Assembly (NCBI GenBank): GCA_963804995.1
Contig: CAWDSK010000005.1
Span: forward strand, 1,088,001-1,152,000
DNA length: 64,000 bases
Origin: an uncultured Acidobacteriota bacterium
GTDB taxonomy: Bacteria; Acidobacteriota; Terriglobia; UBA7540
Direction: 5' to 3'
Below the pieces are notes generated by a model, which saw only the letters and a program-made list of their open reading frames with translations, was not told the origin of the DNA and made no database searches. Each line of letters starts with the position of its first letter. The first letter of the stretch is position 1. Below are positions 10,329-19,258 of this stretch, one piece after another. Both the position numbers and the translations under genes were made by a program.

Positions 10329-11195
10329 ATGTTGAATATTAATAAAATTCTATTGCCGGTTGATTTCCCGGTTGCTTCATTCGGTTTGGCTCATCAGGCT
10401 GCCACATTGGCGCGCCGTTTCCATTCTGAGATCGTGATACTGCACGTCATGACAGCGCGAAGCCATGCCGCCGGTGTGCCGGAGGACAGCCGCGAGCTGT
10501 CTCGCTGGGACTTGCTCGCGGCGATCATCCGGCAGGCGGAGAATCAGCAGGACACGTCTCTCGGGCCGGAGCTCGAGGGCCTCACCATTCGTCGCAAGTT
10601 GGCCAATGGCGACGTGGCCGCGGCCATTGTGCAAACGGCTCAGGAGGAAAAAGCCGACCTGATCATGATGCCGTCATATAGCTTTACCTTCTACCAGTTT
10701 CTGTTGGGCTCAGTGACCGCAAAAGTGTTACACGGGTCCGAATGTCCCGTTTGGACTGGTGCGCACGTGGAAGAACCGCCAGGGCAGAAGTTTGCGATCC
10801 ACAACGTCCTAGGCGCGGTCGAATTCGGCCCCCGTGCTGACATAACGGTGTCATGGGCCGCCCAAATGGCCGCCGAATTTGGTGCGCGTCTCACGCTTGC
10901 TAATGTCACTGCCAGCGTGGAATTTTGGGGGCCCGGCGGCAGCTACGTCAATGAAAAGTGGAAAGAGGAACTAGTCGGCAACGCGTCTGAGCAAATGGCC
11001 AAGCTCCAGCAAGAAAAGGGCATCAAGGCAGATGTATTCATCGGCAGTGGGGACGTTCCCAAGGCGCTGAGCCAAGCGGTAAAGGAGACGAAGGCGGATT
11101 TGCTGGTTACCGGGTGCTACCCTTATGGCGGTCACTTGCGGACCCACGGCTACGGAATCATTTGCGCGGTGCCGATTCCAGTTCTGAGCGTGTGA
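10329..11195 (+). CDS. Tandem-domain universal stress protein
   Basis: KILLPVDF, ADLIMMP..LLGSVTAKVL..CPVW, second domain ADLLVTG..PIPVLSV. Confidence 0.9.
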   Translation: MLNINKILLPVDFPVASFGLAHQAATLARRFHSEIVILHVMTARSHAAGVPEDSRELSRWDLLAAIIRQAENQQDTSLGPELEGLTIRRKLANGDVAAAIVQTAQEEKADLIMMPSYSFTFYQFLLGSVTAKVLHGSECPVWTGAHVEEPPGQKFAIHNVLGAVEFGPRADITVSWAAQMAAEFGARLTLANVTASVEFWGPGGSYVNEKWKEELVGNASEQMAKLQQEKGIKADVFIGSGDVPKALSQAVKETKADLLVTGCYPYGGHLRTHGYGIICAVPIPVLSV

Positions 11196-11231
11196 GGGCG
11201 AATCGTTCTTTAGTGCTGGATATGATTCGTT

Positions 11232-11918
11232 ATGAAAATCGACGAATACCGAAAGAAGCGTAATTTCGGTGTGACGCCCGAGCCACGGGGCGCAAGCCAT
11301 GCTCAGGAAAAGGGCAATGAATCGCTTATTTATGCTCTGCAGAAGCACATGGCCTCGCATCTGCACTACGACTTTCGTCTGGAATGGCGCGGCGTACTTC
11401 TCTCCTGGGCGGTGCCCAAGGGTCCCTCGCTCGACCCTTCGGTGAAGCGCCTCGCGATGCAGACAGAGGATCACCCCATCGAGTATTCCGACTTCGAAGG
11501 AGTGATTCCCGTCGGTCAATATGGTGCGGGAACCGTGATGCTTTGGGACAAAGGCACCTGGCAACCGGAAAGCGCTGATGTAGACGCTTCATTGGAGGCG
11601 GGAGAGATCAAATTCACGCTTCACGGGGCGAAGCTCCAAGGCTCGTGGGTCTTGGTTCACACCCGGGGCTTGGGGAGCAATCCTGCTCGATCTGCATGGC
11701 TGCTAATCAAACATCGCGATCAGTACGCATCCACGAAGGATGTGACGCAGGAAGAGCCGCGGTCCGTAGCGAGCCACCGTCTTCTAGCAGAGATCGCACG
11801 GGACGGAGGGGGCGACATCGAAAGAGCTTCGGTGGGTGATCCGGCTGTCAAAGAGAGGCGCAAAACGAGCGTGAAGCCGGCGCCAGGACGTGTTCGGCGG
11901 AGAAAGCGGGTGTTGTGA
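11232..11918 (+). CDS. LigD 3'-phosphoesterase (PE) domain, stand-alone
   Basis: YRKKRNF..TPEP, QKHMASHLHYDFRLE, SWAVPKGPSLDP, RLAMQTEDH, YGAGTVMLWDKG. Confidence 0.93.
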   Translation: MKIDEYRKKRNFGVTPEPRGASHAQEKGNESLIYALQKHMASHLHYDFRLEWRGVLLSWAVPKGPSLDPSVKRLAMQTEDHPIEYSDFEGVIPVGQYGAGTVMLWDKGTWQPESADVDASLEAGEIKFTLHGAKLQGSWVLVHTRGLGSNPARSAWLLIKHRDQYASTKDVTQEEPRSVASHRLLAEIARDGGGDIERASVGDPAVKERRKTSVKPAPGRVRRRKRVL

Positions 11919-12838
11919 CGGACAGGATCCCATTTCGCGTCCAACCGATGCTGGCAACGCTCGTCACCCAGCCCTTCCACAAACCTGGTTGGGTCTACGA
12001 AGAGAAATACGACGGTTTTCGCATCCTTGCTTACAAGGAAAGGGCCAGCGTCAGCCTTCTATCCCGAAATGGCAAGGACCGCACCCAGACATACCCGAAC
12101 ATCGCGGCTGCGGTCTCCAAGCTTCCAGATCGCGCGCTGCTCCTCGACGGCGAGGTAGTCGCCTTCGATAACCGCCGAGTCTCCCGCTTCCAGCTTCTCC
12201 AGGAAGGTATGGTTCCGCCGCTTTATGCGGTCTTCGATTGCCTTTACCAAAACGGGCGTGACCTGCGTGCCGAGCCACTTTCCACACGGCGCGGCCCCAT
12301 GGAAGCGGCGATTCGGGGAAGCGAGCGTCTTCTCCCGGCTCACCGTCTGGCCGAAAACGGGCTCGAGGCCTTCCGGGTGGCGAAAACAAAAGGTTACGAG
12401 GGAATGGTCGCCAAAGACCTCACGTCGCCCTACATCGAAGGGCGCTCCCGGAAGTGGCTGAAATGCAAGGTCCATCAGGAGGACGAGTTTGTCATTGCGG
12501 GCTACACCGCCCCGGCGGGCTCACGCACGCATTTCGGCGCTCTTCTGCTGGGCGCCTATCATCGAGGACAGTTGCACTATGTGGGCAAGGTGGGCACGGG
12601 GTTTGATACGAAGTTGCTCGCCTCACTGTATCAAGAGTTCCAGCCTTTGGTGCGAAAACAGGCTGCTTTCGTCGATCCGCCGCCGGAGAAGGGGGTGACG
12701 TATCTCGTCCCGCAGCTCGTGGCCCAGATCGCTTATGAGGAGTTGACGGCTGACAAAAAGTTGCGACAGCCCGTCTTTCTGGGGCGGCGCGACGATAAGA
12801 GCGCAAAAGAATGTTTTCTCCCAGGAAAAACGGGATGA
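11915..12838 (+). CDS. ligD: LigD-type ATP-dependent DNA ligase domain, stand-alone
   Basis: PMLA, motif I EEKYDGFR, LLDGEVV, VFDCL, EGMVAK, WLKCK, YVGKVGTGF, LRQPVFLG; GTGA overlap with the upstream gene. Confidence 0.92.
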   Translation: MTDRIPFRVQPMLATLVTQPFHKPGWVYEEKYDGFRILAYKERASVSLLSRNGKDRTQTYPNIAAAVSKLPDRALLLDGEVVAFDNRRVSRFQLLQEGMVPPLYAVFDCLYQNGRDLRAEPLSTRRGPMEAAIRGSERLLPAHRLAENGLEAFRVAKTKGYEGMVAKDLTSPYIEGRSRKWLKCKVHQEDEFVIAGYTAPAGSRTHFGALLLGAYHRGQLHYVGKVGTGFDTKLLASLYQEFQPLVRKQAAFVDPPPEKGVTYLVPQLVAQIAYEELTADKKLRQPVFLGRRDDKSAKECFLPGKTG

Positions 12839-13752
12839 CAAGCGCAAAACGTGATCATGCGGTCTCGAGTCAGTTGCCGATCGCCGTATTGCATCCGGAC
12901 AAGGTCTTCTGGCCTGAGGAAGGCTACACGAAGCTGGATTTGGTCGAGTATTATCACGCGATTTTCTCAAAGCTCTCACCCTACTTGAAGGATCGCATCC
13001 TGACGCTGGAGCGCTGCCCCGATGGGATGCGCGGCGAGTGCTTCTTTCAAAAACAGTTGCCTAAGGGCATGCCTCCCGGAACGCCCACCAAGCGGATCGT
13101 GCATGAAGCCAACGCCAGCGAGTTCACCGATTATGTGGTGGGCGGGTCCTTGACCACACAGCTCGCACTTGTCAATTTGGGTTGCATTGCCGTACACGTT
13201 ATGGCGAGCCGCGCCAGTTCGCCCCGGCAGCCGGACTGGGTTTGTTTTGATCTTGATCCCGAGTCGGGAAAGTTCGCAGATGCTGCGCGCGCGGGCTTGC
13301 ATGTCAAAGCCGCCCTGGACGCTTTGAAGCTGGTATCCTTCGCCAAGACTTCGGGTAGCCGGGGCATGCACGTCCTGGTGCCGATCCGTACGGGACCGGA
13401 TGCGGACGAAGTTCTCGCCTTCGCCGAGTCGTTCGTGGCACGCGTGGCGGCTGCGCACCCGGATGAATTGACGGTCGAACATTCGCTCACGGCGCGGCGG
13501 GGACGCGTCTACCTGGATCCCTTTCGAAATGGTTTTGGTCAAACCGTGGTGGCGCCTTATTCCGTCCGGCGACGGGAGAAAGCTCCCATTTCGACACCCT
13601 TGCAATGGTCGGAGGTCAAACCCACGCTGATTCCCTCCGATTTCAACATCGGCAACTTCCACAAACGTCTCGAAAGGTCGGACCCCTGGGAAACCTTCTT
13701 TCGGGCCCGCCTGTCGCTGAAGGATGCCATGGCCGCATTAAAGAGGTTGTAA
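12835..13752 (+). CDS. LigD polymerase domain (PolDom, AEP primase-polymerase family), stand-alone
   Basis: HPDKVFWP..TKLDL, RCPDG..FFQK, FDLDP, KTSGSRGMH, VAPYSVR; ATGA overlap at 12835-12838. Confidence 0.92.
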   Translation: MTSAKRDHAVSSQLPIAVLHPDKVFWPEEGYTKLDLVEYYHAIFSKLSPYLKDRILTLERCPDGMRGECFFQKQLPKGMPPGTPTKRIVHEANASEFTDYVVGGSLTTQLALVNLGCIAVHVMASRASSPRQPDWVCFDLDPESGKFADAARAGLHVKAALDALKLVSFAKTSGSRGMHVLVPIRTGPDADEVLAFAESFVARVAAAHPDELTVEHSLTARRGRVYLDPFRNGFGQTVVAPYSVRRREKAPISTPLQWSEVKPTLIPSDFNIGNFHKRLERSDPWETFFRARLSLKDAMAALKRL

Positions 13753-13852
13753 AGCGGAGGGTTGTCCTGGCAGGTTTTAGGACGTTAGATTCAAGTCTGC
13801 TGTGTGGACTTGACCATACTCTCTCAGCGGCGCCGGACCCAAAGGAAAAACC

Positions 13853-16399
13853 ATGAGCGAACAAACTCGCGTCAGCCACCCGATGTACAACCTTCTACCC
13901 ACCGAAATCGAGGGGTTCGATTCCCTGGCGGAGCTTGCCCTGAATCTGCGCTGGTCGTGGAATCATGCCACCGACGAGATATGGCGGCAGCTTGATCCCA
14001 AACTCTGGGAGATCACGCATAACCCCTGGGTCGTCCTGCAAACGGTCTCGCGCGACAAGATCGAGCGCGTATTGGCCGACCCCGTTTTTCGCAAAAACGT
14101 GGATAGCTTGGTACAGACCCGGCGGAAAGCGCTGGCGTCGCCCGCGTGGTTTCAGCAGAATTATGCACGAAGTCCCCTGACCTGCGCCGCCTATTTCAGC
14201 ATGGAATTCATGTTGAGTGAAGGTTTGCCCATCTACTCGGGCGGGCTTGGCAATGTGGCCGGTGATCAACTCAAAGCTGCCAGCGATCTGGGTGTACCGG
14301 TGGTCGGGGTGGGCCTGCTCTATCAGCAGGGCTATTTTCGCCAGGAGATTGACAAGGACGGAGCGCAACACGCCCTCTATCCCTATAACGATCCCGGACA
14401 GTTGCCCATCACGCCCTTGCGCCAACCCAACGGGGAGTGGCTACGTCTGGAACTTAAGTTGCCAGGTTACTCGATCTGGTTTCGCGCCTGGCAGGTTCTG
14501 GTCGGTAGGGTAAAGCTTTACCTGCTGGACAGCAATGATGCGGCGAACCTCCCTGTCGATCGGGGGATTACCAGCGAGCTCTACGGGGGCGGCTCGGATT
14601 TGCGCCTCGAACAGGAACTGCTCCTCGGGATCGGTGGATGGCGGCTGCTCCGCGCCCTGGGGTTGCAACCGGAGGTTTGCCACCTGAATGAAGGGCACGC
14701 GGCGTTCGCGGTTCTGGAACGTGCCCGCAACTTCATGGAAGATACCGGGCAGCCCTTCGAAGTGGCTTTGGCGGCTACTCGTGCCGGCAATCTCTTCACC
14801 ACTCACACGGCCGTGGCCGCCGGTTTTGACCGTTTCGATCCTGCCCTCATGGAACAACACGTTAGGGGGCATGCCGAACAGGATCTCGGCATTTCGTTTC
14901 ACGATTTGATGGCTCTGGGGCGCCAGAACCCGGACAACTCGTCGGAGCCCTTCAACATGGCGCATTTGGCCATCCGCGGGAGCGGCGCAGTGAATGGTGT
15001 AAGCCGATTGCACGGGGAGGTCAGCCGGCGCCTCTTTCTGCCTCTATTCCCACGCTGGCCGGAAGACGAAATCCCCGTCGGACACGTAACCAACGGAGTC
15101 CACGTGCCCACTTGGGACTCGGCCCCGGCCGATGATCTTTGGACAGAAGCCTGTGGAAAGCAACGCTGGCTGGGGACGACGAAAGACCTGGAACAAAAGA
15201 TCCGCCAGATTTCTGACGCTACGCTCTGGCAATTTCGGACCGCGGCCACCAAGTCTTTCGTGGAGTACGTACGAGATCGATTGTCGCTCAACATGGAGAT
15301 AAGACACGCTCCGCCCGAGGAGGTCGAAGCGGCGAAGCATCTCTTTGATCCGAACGCCCTCACGCTGGGCTTTGCCCGCCGCTTTGCGACCTACAAGCGA
15401 CCGAACTTACTGCTCCATGACCCTCCGCGGCTGCTCCGCCTCTTGACTAATCCGCAGCGCCCCGTGCAACTTATCATCGCCGGCAAGGCGCATCCTGCGG
15501 ACCAGGCGGGACAGGCCATGATTCGGGAATGGATGCATTTCATCTGGCAGCCCGCGGCGCGTCCCCACGTGATCTTCCTCAGTGACTATGACATGCTCCT
15601 GACCGAGCAACTGGTGCAAGGCGTGGACGTCTGGATCAACACGCCACGGAGGCCCTGGGAAGCCTGCGGGACGAGCGGCATGAAGGTGCTGGTGAATGGC
15701 GGCATCAATCTTTCAGAATTGGACGGCTGGTGGGCGGAAGCCTACACGCCGGAAGTCGGCTGGGCGTTGGGGGATGGCCGGGAGCATGGCGACGATCCGG
15801 GTTGGGACGCGGCCGAAGCTGAAGCGCTCTATGACCTGCTCGAACGGGAAGTGATTCCCGAGTTTTATGCCCGCGACGCGCAAGGAATCCCCACGGCCTG
15901 GGTGGCGCGGATGCGGAACAGCATGGCAAGCTTGACGCCCCGCTTTTCCGCGAACCGCGCCGTGGGCGAGTACACCGAGCAACATTACCTCCCGGCTGCA
16001 GCCGCATACCGTAAACGCGCTGCTGACAAAGGTGCAGTCGGCAAGAGCATCGCCGATTGGGAAAGTGCTCTGAAGGAGAAATGGGCCACCGTTCGCTTCG
16101 GCGAGGTGAAGGTACAGACCAGCGCGGTCCAGCACATCTTTGAGGCAGAGGTGTATCTCAATGGCCTCGACCCGAAGGCTGTGCGAGTCGAGCTGTATGC
16201 CGAGGGGATCAATGGCAGTAGCCCGATCCGAGAGGAGATGACGCGCGTCCGCCAATTGGCAGGTAGTGACAGCAGCCACGCTTATGTCGCCCAGGTGCCC
16301 GCGACCCGTACGGCTACCGACTACACGGCGCGAGTGATCCCGCACTGCGACGGTGTTGCGATCCCACTGGAAGACGCCCGAATCCTGTGGGAACGGTGA
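13853..16399 (+). CDS. glgP: Alpha-glucan (glycogen/maltodextrin) phosphorylase
   Basis: YFSMEF, YSGGLG..AGD, HLNEGH, ARRFATYKR, GKAHPAD, PLP site EACGTSGMK. Confidence 0.96.
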   Translation: MSEQTRVSHPMYNLLPTEIEGFDSLAELALNLRWSWNHATDEIWRQLDPKLWEITHNPWVVLQTVSRDKIERVLADPVFRKNVDSLVQTRRKALASPAWFQQNYARSPLTCAAYFSMEFMLSEGLPIYSGGLGNVAGDQLKAASDLGVPVVGVGLLYQQGYFRQEIDKDGAQHALYPYNDPGQLPITPLRQPNGEWLRLELKLPGYSIWFRAWQVLVGRVKLYLLDSNDAANLPVDRGITSELYGGGSDLRLEQELLLGIGGWRLLRALGLQPEVCHLNEGHAAFAVLERARNFMEDTGQPFEVALAATRAGNLFTTHTAVAAGFDRFDPALMEQHVRGHAEQDLGISFHDLMALGRQNPDNSSEPFNMAHLAIRGSGAVNGVSRLHGEVSRRLFLPLFPRWPEDEIPVGHVTNGVHVPTWDSAPADDLWTEACGKQRWLGTTKDLEQKIRQISDATLWQFRTAATKSFVEYVRDRLSLNMEIRHAPPEEVEAAKHLFDPNALTLGFARRFATYKRPNLLLHDPPRLLRLLTNPQRPVQLIIAGKAHPADQAGQAMIREWMHFIWQPAARPHVIFLSDYDMLLTEQLVQGVDVWINTPRRPWEACGTSGMKVLVNGGINLSELDGWWAEAYTPEVGWALGDGREHGDDPGWDAAEAEALYDLLEREVIPEFYARDAQGIPTAWVARMRNSMASLTPRFSANRAVGEYTEQHYLPAAAAYRKRAADKGAVGKSIADWESALKEKWATVRFGEVKVQTSAVQHIFEAEVYLNGLDPKAVRVELYAEGINGSSPIREEMTRVRQLAGSDSSHAYVAQVPATRTATDYTARVIPHCDGVAIPLEDARILWER

Positions 16400-16800
16400 T
16401 TTGACTTTCAGTGGCGGACAGGTATGTTTCGAATGCAAACTTCCCGGAGAGCTAGTTGAGGAATTCCATGCCGGGTCATGGCGGCGGACAGGTCCAATCT
16501 GTCTTTCCCCCTTCCTTCGGTATGGGCGCATCTACCACCGCCGTCCGAACCGCCGCCCGAGCCGCAGGTTACGGCAAGCGCTATGGCGCGACCTTTCAGC
16601 AAGAGATGACGCCCCGCGTGGCCGCAGCGCGTCCCTATTCGATGGTGCGCAGGATAAGTGACTATGTATGGTCATCTGACCGGATGATGTGACCGCAAAG
16701 CGTCAGATTGGGTCAGGTAATACCGATTACTCAAACTCATTCCCCACCCTAACCTCCCTATTCCTTGGGGATTGCGCACCTTCTGCCATGCTCCGAAATT

Positions 16801-16816
16801 TGGCAACGCGGATGCT
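16801..16816 (+). promoter_or_regulatory. Probable sigma54 promoter
   Basis: TGGCAACGCGGATGCT (GG-N10-GC) lies about 30 nt before TTG 16846, with a GAGGAG RBS in between. Confidence 0.55.
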
Positions 16817-16845
16817 ATCTCCTTGGTGACAGAGGAGCGACGAGG

Positions 16846-17892
16846 TTGCTCAGAATCACCATCCAAAAGGGTTCCGGTCCGGCAACTCTGAAGTTGGAAG
16901 GCAAACTGGCCGGGCCATGGGTGGAAGAGTTGAAGGACATCTGCCGTTCCGGGAGTGCCGCCGAGGCCGTTTTAGTCGATTTGATTGGCGTAAGTTTTGT
17001 GGACGCTTCGGGAAAAGATCTCCTGGCGCAGATGTACCAGGGAGGCGCTGATTTCATAGCGGATTCGCCTCTGATGAAGCAGGTCGTCGATTTCGGTCTT
17101 CCTCCCTATGAGTATTACACTCCAGCGGTCGACTTCGACGAGGTTTTCCGGAAGACTCGCGCCGACGCTCGCGAGCAGTTGCAAGAGTTCGCGAAGTCGC
17201 AAACGAGAAGTAGCGTTGAGCCCGTGTGCTTCGTGCAAGAGGGTGCGGTGGCGGACTCGATCCTCTACTTTGCCGAAGCGGAAGGAGTGGACCTCATTGT
17301 CATGGGGACCCACGGGCGCAAAGGATTTGACCGTGTTACACTGGGGTCGGTCGCGGAAAAGGTGCTGCGGAAAGCTCCCTGTCCTGTGCTGGTGGTCCGG
17401 AAGCCGAAGCCCGAGGCTGTCGCCCCGGAAGGTGCGCAGAGTTCGTTTGAGCTGCGAAGAGTTATTTTCTGCACGGACTTTTCCGATCCCTCCCAGCGGG
17501 CTCTGGAATATGCGCTCTCGGCAGCGGCGGAGTTCGACGCCGAACTCACCCTGCTCCACGTGTTGGACGATATCCCAAGGTCGGCCAACATTGAAGAAGC
17601 AATCGCGGCAGCGACCAAGTAACTCGATGAGCTGATTCCAGCGGAAGGGGTCAAACTCGGCAAGATTAAGACCGTGGTACGAATCGGCAGGGCCTACCTA
17701 CAGATCATTGAGCTTGCGTTGGAAATACAAGCCGATTTGGTGATCATGGCAGTACGTGGGCGCAATGCCTTGGATCTTGCGGTGTTTGGTTCGACAACCT
17801 ATCGCGTGATCCAGTTAGGACCCTGCCCGGTCTTGGCAGTTCATGTCTTGAAGGCGGGAAGCACGAGTAGTGCAGGCATTGTCCAGCCCTGA
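16846..17892 (+). pseudogene. Chimeric STAS-like N-terminus fused in frame to a tandem USP, with an internal nonsense codon
   Basis: MLRITIQ..LKLEGKLAGPWVEEL..VDLIGVSFVDASG (STAS-like) joins USP sequence at about 17085. TAA at 17620-17622; the frame continues with USP motifs to 17892. Confidence 0.8.
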
Positions 17893-17952
17893 TTTCATGT
17901 GGTGGCAGCGACACGGGCTTGGAGGCCAAATTTTGTTGCCCAGGGAGCGTTC

Positions 17953-18685
17953 ATGAGAGCCATGGTATTACGAAAGCGCGCTCCGGTGGAAACGTCTCCT
18001 CTAGAACTGGTTGATCTGCCGATCCCCGAACCGGGAAAAGGCGAGGTATTGATTCGGGTCGAAGTGTGTGGCGTATGCCGCACGGACCTCCATGTTGTCG
18101 AAGGCGATTTGCCGCCTCACAAAGAAAGCGTTGTTCCCGGGCATCATTGGCTATCGTGCATTACGCCGCAGCAATCTTAAGAAAGGGGAGACGCTGGGTC
18201 TCTATGGATTCGGAGCATCGGCGCACATTGTCATCCAAATAGCTCTGCACTGGGGATGCAAGGTCTACGTGTGCACTCGAGACGAGCGGCACCAGGAGAT
18301 GGCACACCGCATGGGAGCAACCTGGGTCGGCTCGGAAGCCGCCACCCCACCCGTGAAACTCAATAGCAGCATTCTCTTCGCTCCGGCGGGAGAACTCGTC
18401 ACAGTGGCACTGGCAGCGCTGGACCGAGGCGGCACGCTGGCTCTGGCCGGCATCCACATGACACCCATACCCGCGATGGACTATCAGCAATATCTTTTTC
18501 TGGAGCGCAACCTGCGGAGCGTCACCGCCAACACCCGGGAAGACGGCCGCTCCCTCCTGGATCTGTCGGTGTGCGTCCCGTTACATACAACGACCCAGGA
18601 GTTCCCCTTGGCTCAGGCAAACGATGCCCTTCAGATGCTGAAGCACGATCGGATAAACGGGGCTGCTGTGCTGCGAGTCAGGTGA
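17953..18685 (+). pseudogene. Zinc-dependent alcohol dehydrogenase family protein with an internal deletion and frameshift
   Basis: CGVCRTDLH..VVPGH in one frame joins directly to GIIGYRAL..GLYGFGASAH in another at about 18140. The structural-zinc cysteine region is missing. Confidence 0.88.
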
Positions 18686-18768
18686 AAAGGGCCGATCCGT
18701 CGCTTATGTGCTATCCATCTCGCAGCTAAACTTCAGGCCAAGGGCGAGGTTAAGAGGAGGTCTAGTCC

Positions 18769-19158
18769 ATGCCACGTTGCAAATCAAACGTCAAGTCAAA
18801 GAGGAAGGAGAAGCTCAGCACGAATCGCAAAGATTTGACTTTCGCTGTGGGAGATACAATCCAATTCCAGGATGTGAACACCGGCGAGTTTCAGTATGGA
18901 TGCGTTGAAGGCACGATTGAAGGGAACCCGATAATCAGGAAAATAACAAAGGAAGGAGCTGGGCCAAACCCCAAGCGGTTCACTCCGCGTTTGCCGTGCA
19001 GTATCGATCGTAGCGTAACCGGAAGCCTCATCCGTTCCTCCCATGGAGAGGATCTCATCGGAATAATCACGAGTGGCGAGGCCGAGTCTCCGCTACCTGG
19101 GCACGTCACGTCTTGGCTATGCCCCGTATCTAATGAGGAACTCTTTGAGGATAGTTAG
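18769..19158 (+). CDS. Hypothetical protein (start uncertain)
   Basis: Open frame of 129 aa filling the gap; no recognisable motif. Confidence 0.3.
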   Translation: MPRCKSNVKSKRKEKLSTNRKDLTFAVGDTIQFQDVNTGEFQYGCVEGTIEGNPIIRKITKEGAGPNPKRFTPRLPCSIDRSVTGSLIRSSHGEDLIGIITSGEAESPLPGHVTSWLCPVSNEELFEDS

Positions 19159-19258
19159 ATTGTGGCCTTGGGGCACGTCGGGAGGTTGACCTGCATCCAG
19201 TTGTTGTCTCTCGTTCCGCGTTATACGACACGCCAGGGATGTGTGCGCCCTTTCGAAG

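Noticed and set aside
16400..16760. Short ORFs after glgP
   Set aside because: No recognisable motif or RBS; possibly a gene remnant but not supportable.
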